A stretch of 64,000 nucleotides of DNA, taken from NCBI GenBank assembly GCA_951406725.2, contig OX597814.1, positions 28,706,001-28,770,000 on the forward strand, in the 5' to 3' direction. The position numbers were made by a program, and so were the translations under genes. The DNA is from Octopus vulgaris (Eukaryota). Under the pieces are notes generated by a model. That model saw only the letters and a list, made by a program, of their open reading frames with translations. It made no database searches and was not told the origin of the DNA. Below, piece after piece: positions 12,135 through 24,533 of this stretch (position 1 is the first letter of the stretch; each line of letters begins with the position of its first letter).

Positions 12135-12771
12135 ATTTCTAGCACGTCCAATTGTAAGTAGCGGTTGATGGTATTGTTGTTGTTGTTGGTGGTGATCTTT
12201 GATGTCAGGAGTCAATGGCTTTTCAAAGTGCATCAATCTACACTAAAATGTTTTTAACTAGAAGAAAATTCCAAGATTCCAATGAGAAATTTGCAGATTC
12301 TTTGATGAAATTTGTCTTCGATTAAAAAAAAAAATTCTATCCACACATTTTCTCCACCCACAATTCCTGGGAGAGTCTTGGGGGAGAGTCGTGGGAGAAG
12401 AGCCTTTAAACACCTCCTCCATAAGAACCTATCAGAAGTAACTTTCATTACACTTCTGGTTGGATTCTTAAGCATGACCAACAGAGATTATAGAGAATAT
12501 CCAACTATCTCGTCCTTAGCCTAACCTTAGGTCTGTTGCCCATTTGCTCGGCCTGAAAAATTAGTCTTGTGATTCTTTCCTGCAACATTTTAATCACATG
12601 TTCGTAACACCGGAACCGTGACCCCTTCAATACGGAGAAGAAACGACTCGACCCGGAGAGACATCCTGATCTCTGAGCTACGCAAACTGTCGAGTAACGT
12701 TACTCCAGAAACCCTTCATCATTATTCGCCTCCTTTTAACAAGATTTATATTCCTTAATATGTTAATTGCA

Positions 12772-13375
12772 AAGCGGTGAGCTGGCAATATCATTAACAC
12801 GCCGGGCAAAATGCTAAGCGGTATTTCGTCTGTCTTTATGTTCTGAGTTCAAATTCCGCCGATGTCGACTTTGCCTTTCATCATTTCGGGGTCGATTAAA
12901 TAAATACCTATTTCTTTATTACCCACAAGGGGCTAAACACAGAGGGGACAAACAAGGACAGACATAGGTATTAAGTCGATTACATCGACCCCAGTGCGTA
13001 ACTGGTACTTAATTTATCGACCCCGAAAGGATGAAAGGCAAAGTCGACCTCGGCGGAATTTGAACTCACAACGTAACGGCAGACGAAATACCGCTAAGCA
13101 TTTCGCCCGGCGTGCTAACGTTTCTGCCAGCTCGCCGCCTTCTACCAGCTCGCCGATTAAATAAGTACCAGTTACGCACTGGGCTCGATATAATCGACTT
13201 AATACGTTTGTCTGTCCTTGTTTGTCTCCTCTGTGTTTAGCCCCTTGTGGGTAGTAAAGAAATAGGTATTTCGTCCGGCCTCGAATTCCGCCCAAGTCGA
13301 CTTTGCCATTAATCCTTCTGAGGGCGATAAAATAAGTACCAGTTGAGCACTATGGTCGATGCAATCGACTTTACT
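12772..13375. mobile_element. Cluster of SINE family B (Meta-domain-like) pieces in alternating orientation
   Basis: + 12772-12905, - 12907-13140, + 13150-13375; core gtcgactttgcctttcatcctttcggggtcgataaattaagtaccag. Confidence 0.88.
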
Positions 13376-13864
13376 TCTGAGTAAGAGTATTAAAACTGCA
13401 CCCCTTGCTAAGCCATGCCGCGCCAGTGCAGCAGAATAAGCTCATCAAACCAGTATAACCTCAAGCTCAAATTCGCGACCTTCACATCAGACTGTGATTG
13501 GTGGAGAGAACATGCTGAGGCCTATACTGAACATAGGCAATCCGATCCAATATCATTACAAAGGACGCAAATGTTTAATTGATATAAAGCTGTTTATATT
13601 ATGTATAGAATCGTGTTGTATATACAATTTCCGTCTGGTGCTCTGTTTCACTTCAGGCCATCTTTGGGTGGTCTCAGTGCATGTTACGTACGTTTGCGAG
13701 AAGTTGCTAGCCGCTTGATCAACTCTTCTAGGTTGATCGAGATATTTCTGGAGAAAGAAATACTGCATCTGGTCCTTCAAGATTCTTCTCACAGTGCAAT
13801 GCAGCCGATTATGAGAGAGAGAGAGAGAGAGAGGGGGGAGGAGAGAGAGAGAATAATAAATCCT

Positions 13865-14015
13865 GTACTTGACTGATATTTTATTTATCGTCCCAGTAAG
13901 AGTGAAAGGCAAAGCCGATCTCGGCGGCACTTGGACCCAGAATGAAAAGGGCCGTAACAAATAAATACCAGATGACATTAATTCTATCCGATACTCTAAT
14001 GACTGCCGACTGCTG
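13865..14015 (-). mobile_element. Old SINE family B copy
   Basis: gaaaggcaaagccgatctcggcgg similarity. Confidence 0.65.
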
Positions 14016-14859
14016 CTGTGAAGGAGAATGTTAAGAATGTTGTTATGCAATAAATAGTGTTATACTTTTTTCTTATCATATGTAACATGGCGGGAAGGGG
14101 ATCAGGCTGGTCAGGCAGTAAAAAGGGGAATAGTGAGAAATGGCTAAAAAAAAAAGGGGGGGAACTGCTGTAAACGCTTATGTGTAGTTCCCAATGGCAC
14201 CTAGCTATTGCTTTGTACATACAATAGCTCTTTGAGAGGTATGACACATCTAAGTGGCTGGATTCCTCAAAAGTTGAACATTCGACTCAAATGCTTATGT
14301 TTCATCTCTATAAAAGCTTCGGCTAGGGATTACTGATATGGCTCACTCAGTAGGGTGGCGAGCTGGCAGAATCGCTAGCACGTCGGACGTAATACATAGC
14401 AGCATTTCGTCCGTCTTTATGTTCTGGGTTGAAATGCTGGTCCCGGCAGATTCGAGCCCAAGTATGCTACTCGCTCTTCTTTATCACGGCTACGTGTACA
14501 ATCGACGCTGGGACATAGGTGTTTTGACATGTTGCATCTCGCTAGCCAGAACTATCTGGAGCGATGAATCTAACAAGGGCTGATGGCCTTATCAAATAAT
14601 TTCAGCGAACAAGCTGATCGTTGATCCGTGCTGATATCTGCAAACGATTAATAAGTCGCCATTGAATACGTTTTTTTAAGATATGATATGAATGAATTTT
14701 GGTTGCCATTTTTAGCAGACCAAAATGCAATCCTACTTGAAAGCCCCTTCGTTGGTACTGTTGATGTTATACGCTGATATTTACTGTAGTAAAGAGTTGG
14801 TAGTGGTTATTTAGCACCAAATTAGACCTGATAACGCAGTCACATGAACAATGGTATCT

Positions 14860-15232
14860 TTTATCTTTTACTCGTTTCAGTCATTAGACTGCGGCCATGC
14901 TGGAGCACCATCTTGAATAATTTTAGTTGAACAAATCGACCCTAGTATATTTTTCTTTTTAAAGCCTGGTACATACTCTATTGGTCACTTTTGACGAACT
15001 GCGCTCTTCCACAGAAAGAAACAAGGAGAGAAAATAAAGAATGTGTAGTGGCTAGCATCAGTGTTTGTCCCCACCACCATCGCTTGACAGCCGATGTTAC
15101 TGTGTTTACCTCCCCGTAACTTAGCGGTTCGGCAAAAGAGAACGATAGAATAAGTCCTTGGTCAATTTGTTCGACTAAAGGTGATGCTCCGGCATGGCCG
15201 CAGTCAAATGACTGAAACAGATAAAAGAATAA
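14860..15232. mobile_element. SINE A fragments (minus then plus) with an HHR-repeat fragment between them
   Basis: SINE A 3' ends facing outward; 15001-15030 gcgctcttccacagaaag matches 7725-7766. Confidence 0.75.
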
Positions 15233-15378
15233 ACTACTAAGATAATCTGGTACTCGAATGAGGATAGGAAGCTCCGAATGATCCGTCCTTGTTTTTTCCT
15301 GTCCTTTTTTGTATCGCCTAACTGTCCTGATGTTTTATTGTCGCTTGTTACGTTCTTGTTCCATTTTTTGTTTTCTTC

Positions 15379-15443
<65 letters not shown>

Positions 15444-15587
15444 TTTCTTTGTTTCAGTCATTTGACTGTGGCCATGAGGCAATAGTAAAAGTCACCTGCC
15501 CAAGGTGCCATGCAGGACTTTTATATATATATATATATATATAAAGAACAAATTTCTTTCAGTTTCTGTCTACCAAATCCACGCACA

Positions 15588-16735
15588 TATATCTTGACTT
15601 CAGTATAGCATTCGACAGAGTTAACCATAATATTGTACTGTCAAAATTGCCAAATGTTGGAATCTGTGGAAAACTTCTACACTGGATTGAGTATTTTCTG
15701 GAAAACTGAACGCATGTTGTTATCGGTGGAATCCACTCAAGCCCAGCAAAAGTCACCAGGGGTGTCCCTCAGGGGACTGTCTTGGGTCCGCTTCTCTTTA
15801 TAATCCATATAAACGACCTTCCCAGCGTCATAAAACATAGTAAAGTGAAAATATGCGCTGATGACTCCAGAAAATTATCAATGTAGAAGACCGAACTCAA
15901 CTCCAGTCTGATCTACATGCTGTGAGTCAATGGGCAAACAAAATCAAAATTCAACTAAATGAGGGACAATTTGAGCTGATGCATTTTGGAAAAAAAGACC
16001 ACGCTAAAACAGCCATAATCTCTTCCTTCAGCGGAACCTCTCACAGCATCTAATAATATCAAAGACCTAGGAGGAATTGTTGATAACAATCTCAGTTTGA
16101 GTTCCCACATCAACAATAAGGTCGATATAACTTGTGGTTGTACGGCCACACCTCGGATACTGCTGCCCTTTGTGATCTCCCCATACAAATCAAAACATCT
16201 CGAAATTTAATCACCCCAGAAGTAATTCACTAAAAGAATTAAGGGCATGACTGATCTCAATTATTGGGACTGCCTTAAAGCATTGAAACTCTACTCTCTC
16301 CAGCGCCGTGAGCGATACATCATTTACACGATGTGGAGAATATACCACTAGCATTGCCCAAACGACCTCAACATTAGCTTCAAAATTCATCCAAGGCTAG
16401 GTTCACGGCCCATACGTCCCCTACTCAATTCAGGATCACAACACATAAATACACTGCAACATAATTTCTTTTCATTAATAGGCTCTTCCCTATTTAACAT
16501 TGTCCAGAAACAGATCAAAGAGGAGAAGGATCCCATTACCTTTAAACGGAATCTGGACAAATTTCTTCAGGGAATACCAGATAAGCCACCTATACCTGTA
16601 TACGACTCACTCAAACAAGAACTCCCTACTCTAATGGACCATGATACCACAAAACTTGACTTAGCTAATCCTATCAGGAGGTGCTCTTAAGTTAGACATA
16701 GCCTGGACCAATCTTTGGTCGAAACCTAAGTTTAT
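15588..16735 (+). pseudogene. 5'-truncated non-LTR retrotransposon (LINE) reverse transcriptase remnant plus 3' UTR
   Basis: Translates to YLDFSIAFDRVNH...GVPQGTVLGPLLFIIHINDLP...ICADDS, later FKRNLDKFLQGIPDKP; stops and frameshifts present. Confidence 0.92.
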
Positions 16736-16738
16736 CTG

Positions 16739-16769
<31 letters not shown>

Positions 16770-16777
<8 letters not shown>

Positions 16778-17358
16778 TTTATATATGAGGATAATATCGA
16801 TATTTAAGTGTCGAAATTATCAAGTGGCCAGCATGAAAGAAATACCTTACAAAGGTAAAAAAATTTTTAACAATTAAAAATGAGGGTGTCTAAAAGACAC
16901 CAACATGCCGAAATAGCAGTCGAAACTCTGACTATAAAACCACGTTAAATGTTCATATCGCACCATGAGGTAAAGCGGAGGGACGAAACATACAAGCAAA
17001 AATTATTGAATAATTCAAGATCCAAGGATTTCTGGTTCTGCTTTAGATAAGCTTTACCGTCATCAATTGAATATATCAAGGGTACATAAATACAGATACA
17101 TATATGCACAGCAAATGATATACTTACATATACGAGCGTCGCACATACATACATATGCACGTATGGACACAGCCAGTTTGAATCGCCCACCAAATCACCG
17201 CATAAGTACGATATGTTTAAAATAAGCACCGCAGTGAATATAATAACGAATTATATAAGTTTATATATGAGGATAATATCGATATTTAAGTGTCGAAATT
17301 ATCAAGTGGCCAGCATGAAAGAAATACCTTACAAAGGTAAAAAAATTTTTAACAATTA

Positions 17359-17359
<1 letters not shown>
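16770..17359 (-). mobile_element. Terminally redundant ORF-less unit (482-nt period) with one HHR, flanked by (TA)n
   Basis: About 105-bp direct repeat at 16770-16877 and 17252-17359; HHR at 17013-17072. Confidence 0.75.
17013..17072 (-). ncRNA. Type I hammerhead (C3U variant), homologous to 9151-9209
   Basis: Minus strand ATTCAA TTGATGA C GGT AAA GCTT ATCT AAAGC AGA ACC A GAAA TCCTTGGA TC TTGAAT. Confidence 0.78.
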
Positions 17360-17416
<57 letters not shown>

Positions 17417-17417
<1 letters not shown>

Positions 17418-17800
17418 GGCGCAGGAGTGGCTGTGTGGTAAGTTGCATGCCAACCACATGGTACCAGGTTCAGTCCCACTGCGTGGCACCTAGGGCAAGT
17501 GTGTTCTACTATAGCCACAGGCCGACCAAAGCCTTGTGAGTGGATTTGGTTGACAAAAACAGGAAGAAACCCGTCGTATATGTTTGTGTGTCTGTGTTTG
17601 TTCCCCAACATCGCTCGACAACCGATGTTGGTGTGTTTACGTCTCCCGTAACTTAGCGGTTCGGGAAAAGATGCCGATAGAATAAGCACTAGGCTTACAA
17701 AGAATACGCTCTGGGGTCGATTTGCTCGACTAAAGGCGGTACTCCAGGATGGCCGCAGTCAAATGACTGAAACTTGTAAAAGAATGAAAGAATAAAAGAA
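17417..17800 (+). mobile_element. SINE family A
   Basis: Full head-to-tail similarity to other copies. Confidence 0.9.
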
Positions 17801-17806
17801 TAACAG

Positions 17807-17844
<38 letters not shown>

Positions 17845-18095
17845 AACACATAGAGATAGATAGAAAGAAAGAGACAGAGAGAGATTTATAATAGTATAAA
17901 ATACTATTATAATTAAGGGCACAGAACGTACCATGCCTATATGCTGAAAATAGAAACTAAATCGTCGAACCACTCTAAATCATCACTTTTGTAATAGACA
18001 CATGATGAAAGGGGGGGGGGGAGCAGACTGACAGAAATTCATAAAAGTAAGTCAGATAACTTTGGATTAATCAATTTCTGGATTAGTTTAATAAC

Positions 18096-18180
18096 ATCAG
18101 CAAAGCACACTGAGAGAAATAAATGAGACATTTATTCATACCCAACGTCTCATTTATTTCGCTCAGTATGCTTTGCTGAT
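18096..18180. repeat. Hairpin with about 33-bp arms
   Basis: atcagcaaagcacactgagagaaataaatgagac / gtctcatttatttcgctcagtatgctttgctgat. Confidence 0.85.
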
Positions 18181-18199
18181 AAAGGAAGAGTTATTAAAC

Positions 18200-18465
18200 T
18201 GTCTTCTACTATAGCCTTGTGAGTGGATTTGATAGACGGAAACTGAAAGAATCCCGTCGTATATGTTTATATGTGTGTCTGTGTTTGCCCTCCCCCCATC
18301 GCTTGACATCCGTTGTTGGTGTGTTCACGTCACCGTAACTTAACGGTTTGGAAAAAGGGAACTATAGAATAAGTACTAGGCTTACAAAGAATAAGTCTTG
18401 GGGTCGATTTGTCCGAATAAAGGTGGTGCTTCAGCATGGCCACAGTCAAATGACTGAAACAAACG
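18200..18465 (+). mobile_element. SINE family A, 5' truncated
   Basis: Similarity to other copies. Confidence 0.85.
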
Positions 18466-18554
18466 AATGTTTATGCGTGTGTGTGTGTACGTATGCATAT
18501 ATATATATATGTATATATGTACATGTATATTTAATCTTCTCTACACAACTCTGA

Positions 18555-18730
18555 AATTTTGGGGGAGAGGAGCCAGTCGATTAGATCGACCTAAGTTCCT
18601 AATTTATCGAACCTGAAAGGATGAAAGGCAAAGTCGACCTCGGCGGAATTTGAACTCCGAACGTAAAGACAGACATAACACTGTTAAGCATTTCGCCCGG
18701 CGTGCTAACGTTTCTGCCAGCTCGCCGCCT
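18555..18730 (-). mobile_element. SINE family B
   Basis: Minus strand head ggcggcgagctggcagaaacgttagc, B box gagttcaaattcc. Confidence 0.88.
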
Positions 18731-18737
18731 TACATGT

Positions 18738-19138
18738 TCTTTTACTCTTTTACTTGTTTCAGTCATTTGACTGTGGCCATGCTGGATCACCGCCTTTAGT
18801 CGAGCAAATCGACCCCGGGACTTATTCTTTGTAAGCCCAGTACTTATTCTATCGGTCTCTTTTTGCCGAACCGCTAAGTGACGGGGACGTAAACACACCA
18901 GCATCGGTTGTCAAGTAATGCTAGAGGGACAAACACAGACACACAAACACACACACATATATATATATATATATACATATATACGACAGGCTTCTTTCAG
19001 TTTCCGTCTACCAAATCCACTCACAAGGCATTGGTCTGGCCCGGGGTTATAGCAGAAGACACTTGCCCAAGATGCAGTGGGACTGAACCCGGAACCATGT
19101 GGTTGGTTAGCAAGCTACTTACCACACAGCCACTCCTG
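18738..19138 (-). mobile_element. SINE family A
   Basis: Near full-length reverse copy. Confidence 0.9.
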
Positions 19139-19269
19139 TATATATAATAAATGAAAAAAATGTATTGTAAATAAACAAACGACAAATAAAAGAAACGTCT
19201 AACGTATACTGAGTGTACAACTGGACGGGAGACACAAACAGAAGGTCCCTAATTCTTCATCAGTTATGA

Positions 19270-19755
19270 ACCAGATGGTATGCATGTATGTCTTCTTGTC
19301 TCTTTGCCCCTCCCCCCACCGCTTGACAACCGGTCTTGGTTGTTTACGTCCCTGTAATATAGCAGTTCGGCAAAAGGAACCGATATAATCAGATGGTATG
19401 CATGTATGTCTTATTGTCTCTTTGGCCCCCCCCCCTCCACCGCTTGACAACCGGTCTTGGTTGTTTACGTCCCTGTAATTTAGCAGTTCGGCAAAAGGAA
19501 CCGATATAATCAGATGGTATGCATGTATGTCTTATTGTCTCTTTGGCCCCCCACCCCCCACCGCTTGACAACCGGTCTTGGTTGTTTACGCCCCTGTAAT
19601 TTAGCAGTTCGGCAAAAGGAACCGATAGAATAAGTAGTAGGCTTTAAAAAAAGTCCTGAGGTCGATTTGTTCGACTAAAAAAAAAAAAAACCCTTAAAGG
19701 CGGTGCTCCAGCATCGCCACAGTCAAATGACTGGAACAATTAAAAGATAAAAAGA
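19270..19755 (+). mobile_element. SINE A 3' half with an about 120-bp segment tandemly triplicated
   Basis: cagatggtatgcatg...aaggaaccgata repeated three times. Confidence 0.85.
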
Positions 19756-20282
19756 ATTTCAATTTAAGAGAAATTTTGCTGCTATTTCTACAACCCCGAG
19801 CGACCCATTTGAACCGCCTTCATTGGCTCGATTAGAACTGGCTGTGGTCTTTCGAGTTATTAAGCGATAATAGTGTTGGTACTGAGAGACAGAAGGGGTT
19901 GTTGGTGGTGTTGGTGGTTGTTAGCAGTGGCGGCTAGGGATTGGTACTGTGAAAGGTGGTGATAGTGGTTGGATAGTGGGTGGAGTGTGGGGGAATAAGT
20001 GGTAGAGATCGGGGAAGGGAGGGGAGGGGAGGGGAGGGAAACGTAGGCCCAGACTAAGTGAGTGTGTGGGGGGGGGGGGGATGTGGGGAAACAGAACACC
20101 GACAAAGTGAGGGATGGTGTGAAGGTTGTATAAAACACAGACTAGACTAAGTGACATGAGACGCCTACGTGTACAGTCCCACTCGTTTCCGACAACTGTC
20201 AGAACAAACAAAATAGAAAAGAAAAAAAAAATTTATAAATCAAAAAATAAAAACAAAAGCATCATGCTGTCTGCGAGACACA

Positions 20283-20434
20283 CCATAATCATCATCATCA
20301 TCATCATCATTCACGTCATCACTGTAATAATCATCATTACCGCGCTCATAAGCCGTTATCATCATCATCATCACCATAATCCTTATCCCTCCTCATCATT
20401 ATCATCAGCGTCATCACCAGCGTCGTCGTCGTCG

Positions 20435-20466
<32 letters not shown>

Positions 20467-20611
20467 GCCGCAACCACTACAACGGTGATTATCATCATAA
20501 TCTTTTCCACCCCACTTCAGTATCACAGTCGCCGACGACGTCGTCGTCATCTTCATCACCCCCACTCTCCTACACACTACCATCACATCATCATCATCGT
20601 CGTCATCACCG

Positions 20612-20656
<45 letters not shown>

Positions 20657-20780
20657 ACAACAACAACAACTATTACTACCATCACCACCAGCATCACTAC
20701 AACCACCACTGCAATTAGGACCGGCGTAATCCTCCAACCCATCATCAACTTCATCATCATCATCATCGTAATCATAATCG
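20283..20780. repeat. (CAT)n-rich low-complexity field
   Basis: Direct inspection. Confidence 0.93.
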
Positions 20781-20829
20781 TCCGTCCATCTTACTACCAA
20801 TATCGAAATATCGACATAACCTTTACGAC

Positions 20830-21092
20830 CAGGATTAGTATCAACAGAAAGGTAGGAGAGTCCAGTTTGCTGGACATTGTTGTAGAGCTGAAAAAGAAGT
20901 AATTTCTACTCTTCTCCTCTGAAGCCATCTACTCGCAATACCAGAGGGCGCACACTCTCCTACCCTGATGTAATCTCCAGGGATACAGGCATCCAGCAAC
21001 AGGACCTCCGTAATGCCATGATGGACCGTGAAGTCTGGCGTAGCATGGTAAATTCCATTGTCTCGACCACGGTCGAACAATGATGATGATGA
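20830..21092 (+). pseudogene. 3' end of RTE-type LINE with (TGA)n tail
   Basis: KGRRVQFAGHCCRAEKEVISTLLL/KPSTRNTRGRTLSYPDVISRDTG...AMMDREVWRSMV..EQ* with one frameshift; tail tgatgatgatgat. Confidence 0.85.
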
Positions 21093-21397
21093 TCAACAGA
21101 TTCATCATCATCATCATCATCATCATCAAAAACAACATCAGAAGCGATAGTAATGGTATAAATGACAGCAACAGTTAAACCCCCCCCCCAAAAAAAAAAG
21201 AAAAATAACAGAAGAAGAATGTTCCAAGGTGAATTTGCATGCTTAGGAGATGCAATGTTTTGTCTTTGTAAGCAAGGGATAACTTTGCATATTTGGTTTA
21301 ATCTGGTTTAATTTGGCCTGTTTTATTATATACAGAAGCAATTACGAATAATTTTCAGAAAGTATATTTGCATAATTTATAAAAAAAAAGAAGCAAA

Positions 21398-21806
21398 GGC
21401 GCAGGAGTGGCTGTGTGGTAAGTAGCTTGCTAACCAACCACATGGTTCCGGGTTCAGTCCCACTGCGTGGCATGTTGGGCAAGTGTCTTCTACTATAGCC
21501 CCGGGCCGACCAATGCCTTGTGAGTAGATTTGGTAGACGGAAACTGAAAGAAGCCTGTCGTATGTATGTATATATATATATGTGTGTGTGTGTGTATGTC
21601 TGTGTTTGTCCCCTAGCATTGGTTGACAACCGATGCTGGTGTGTTTACGTCCCCGTCACTTAGCGGTTCGGCAAAAAGAAACCGATAGAATAAGTACTGG
21701 GTTTACAAAGAATAAGTCCCGGGGTCGAGTTGCTCGACTAAAGGCGGTGCTCCAGCATGGCCGCAGTCAAATGACTGAAACAAGTAAAAGAGTAAAAGAG
21801 TAAGAG
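21398..21806 (+). mobile_element. SINE family A, full length
   Basis: A and B boxes, CORE-like segment, internal microsatellite, (gtaaaaga)n tail. Confidence 0.93.
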
Positions 21807-22064
21807 AGAAATAACTGAAATGTGCCAGTAGCCTGAATTTCGATAAGTTAAGGAATGAAGTACTGAATATCGCACGTAAACAGAAAGAAAGAAAGGCAGA
21901 AAGAAAGAAAAGACAATTTTTATAGGCGGTTTTAAGTTCAATACCACACTTCGACATCTTGGTCAAGTGCCTTCTAGTATAACACCGGGCTGAATATTGA
22001 GTGAAACCTGGTGAGTGAATTTGGTGGACGGAAGCTCGTCGTATGTGTGCATCGTCCTTAGTCG

Positions 22065-22375
22065 AAAGACACTTGTTGTTAAAGTCCTGTTGTAATTGTG
22101 TACCATTTCTCCGGGGTTTTTTTTCGTCCTTGTTTTCGTATACATTCGCTTGCTTTCTTCCAAGGAATCTAGTGCTCTTAGCTTAGATTTTCTTGGGGCC
22201 GGCCAGATTGGAGCAGTCTCGAGTCTAACCGGCCGAAACTGCAACGACGATCTGGAACTCGACTGAAAATACGAAGCTCCGAATGACCCGTCCTTATTTT
22301 TTTCTCTCCTTTTTTGCATCGTCTGTCTGGAAGTTTTGTTGTCGCCTGTCACGTTCTTATTCTATTTTTTGTTTT

Positions 22376-22380
<5 letters not shown>
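22065..22380 (+). mobile_element. Repeat ending in (TA)n with decayed HHR-like stem II plus GAAAC; partial copy at 15240-15380
   Basis: GGCCGG..CCGGCC GAAA CTGCA at 22197-22243; 3' part shared with 15245-15378. Confidence 0.55.
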
Positions 22381-22402
<22 letters not shown>

Positions 22403-22410
<8 letters not shown>

Positions 22411-22634
22411 ATAAAAGATCGTGGGTAATACCAAAACAATACGAAGTAAATACAAGATAAATCACAAGAAAACAAATATGCTGCCGCGGCAACAGTCGTC
22501 AGTTTCTTGAAAATGGTCTCATGACCTCGAATACAAGGTGAGTCTACACAAGTTCACATATTTGTTTTCTTGTGATTTACCTTGCATTTACTTCGCATTG
22601 TTTTGACCTTACTCCCGATCTTTTATACAATATA
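22403..22634. repeat. Inverted repeat (about 75-bp arms) next to (TA)n
   Basis: tatattgtataaaagatcg...aaaacaaatatg / catatttgtttt...cgatcttttatacaatata. Confidence 0.85.
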
Positions 22635-22671
22635 TTCTACACAAGACTTCACAGAAATTATTCCATATATA

Positions 22672-22883
22672 TATTCTTTTATTTGTTTCAGTCATTTGAC
22701 TGCAGTCATGCTGGAGCATTGCCTTTTCAGTCGAACAAATCGACCCCATGACTTAATCTTTGTATACCTAGTACTTATCCTATCAGTCTCTTGTGCCGAA
22801 CCGCTAGGTAACGGGGACGTAAACACACCAATATCGGTTGTCAAGCGATGATGATGGGGGCAACCAGACACACAAACATATAT

Positions 22884-22914
<31 letters not shown>

Positions 22915-23086
22915 CATACATATACGACGGCTTCCTTCATTTTCCGTCTACCAAATGCACTCACAAAAATCTTTGGTTGGCCCGAGGCTATAGAAAAAGA
23001 CACTTGCCCAAGGTGCCACGCTGTGGGATTGAACCCAGAACCATGTGGTTGGTAAGCAAGCTACCTACTACTCAGCCACTCCCGCG
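22672..23086 (-). mobile_element. SINE family A
   Basis: Full-length reverse copy. Confidence 0.9.
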
Positions 23087-23130
23087 CCGATATATATATA
23101 TATATATAAATACGAATTTTTTGCGAAATG

Positions 23131-23204
<74 letters not shown>

Positions 23205-23206
<2 letters not shown>

Positions 23207-23330
23207 CGGGAAGCTTTATGAAAATAGACAAAATACGAAGGCAGGTGGAAAACAAACAAACAATTGTATTAGTATGGCGCTCAGGAAGTATAAATAAAAC
23301 AAGTCTTTAACGTTTCGAGCCTACGCTCTT
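23205..23330 (-). mobile_element. HHR-repeat fragment truncated inside the ribozyme core, between (TA)n tracts
   Basis: Minus strand AA GAGC GTAG GCTC GAAA CG TT AAAG. Confidence 0.75.
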
Positions 23331-23344
23331 ATATATATATATAT

Positions 23345-23456
23345 TTGGCCTGCTCGCTTAGCCAGTGGGGTGGCGTCGTTCGAAGGCTAAAACAATGCGA
23401 ACGCATTGTTACCAGCGATGTGTAGCAGCATCTGATGGTCTGGTCGGTCACGTGAT

Positions 23457-23464
<8 letters not shown>
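23345..23464 (+). mobile_element. Isolated alternative SINE-C 3' tail inserted in (TA)n
   Basis: Matches 51073-51190; ends gtcacgtgatcacgtga(TA)n. Confidence 0.75.
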
Positions 23465-23522
<58 letters not shown>

Positions 23523-23673
23523 GTTAATACTAACATTACTTTTTTCATACGGATGGCGACTGTATTATTTATTCTCTAAACGATTCTATTTGCCTACACC
23601 AGCTAATGTATAATTTAGTGCATTTATTTAGTGATTCTACCATCACTACTTCGGTAAATAGAATAAACATTTT

Positions 23674-23713
23674 GCTTCTCTGATGAGGTTATATAAACTG
23701 AAACATGTTCGAA
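23674..23713 (+). ncRNA. Minimal type I hammerhead, canonical core, weak stem I
   Basis: CTGATGA GGTT ATATA AACT GAAA CATG TT; palindromic ACATGT stem III. Confidence 0.65.
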
Positions 23714-24243
23714 ATTGTCTCCTGTACTTGCTGTAAAAACGAAAACAATAATTCAGTTTCACCACAGAAGAGCCCTTTTCTGACGTGTCAACATTTTCAT
23801 CGGCCAAATGTTTTTTGTGATTTTTGATGGGTTAAAAGGAGTCTTCTTTACTTGCAAAACAGTTTGAGATAAAGTCACGTGTCAGACAAGTCCAACCCTG
23901 AAAATAGTATTACCAATTATATATTACTGTTTTTTTTTTCTTGGCATCTAATTATCTCTAGTTAACTTCTTAATAACCTTGTGTTAAATATTAATGTTGA
24001 CGCTAATTTGACTATTTTAAAGATCGTTTATCTAGTAGCTGTGGCCATGCTGGGGCACTGCCTTGAAGAGTTTACAGTCGAACGAATCTACCCAAGTCCT
24101 TTTTTTAAAGCTGGTACTTATTCTATCGGTGTCGTTTGCCGAACAGCTAAGTTACTGAGATGTAAACAAACCAACACTGATTGTCAAGCGGTAGTGGAGG
24201 CTATACGCACACACACACACACACACGCGCATATACATACACA

Positions 24244-24473
24244 AGCGGCGAGCTGGCAGAAACGTTAGCACACCGGGCGAAATGCGTAGCCGTATTTCGT
24301 CTGCCGTTACATTCTGGGTTCAAATTCCGCCGAGGTCGACTTTGCCTTTCATCCTTTCGGGGTCGATAAATTAAGTACCGGCTACGCACTGGGGTCGATG
24401 TAATCGACATAACCCGTTTGTCTGTCCTTGTTTGTCCCCTCTGTGTTTAGCCCCTTGTGGGTAGTAAAGAAAT
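24244..24473 (+). mobile_element. SINE family B monomer inserted in the microsatellite of a minus-strand SINE A (24040-24757)
   Basis: Flanked by atatacatacacaagcg duplication. Confidence 0.9.
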
Positions 24474-24494
24474 ATATACATACACAAGCGCATG

Positions 24495-24533
<39 letters not shown>

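Noticed and set aside
12300-12730. Possible PLE coding relic and HHR near palindrome gagtaacgttactc
   Set aside because: Too degenerate; neither GAAA nor stems can be assigned
13490-13810. Possible host exon or RTE LINE relic
   Set aside because: Complex sequence with an AG acceptor-like site but no convincing donor or recognisable protein motif
21740-21790. SINE A tail hairpin cagtc-aaat-gactg followed by AAAC as a hammerhead
   Set aside because: No CUGANGA, stem III or stem I; better explained as a LINE-derived 3' recognition stem-loop
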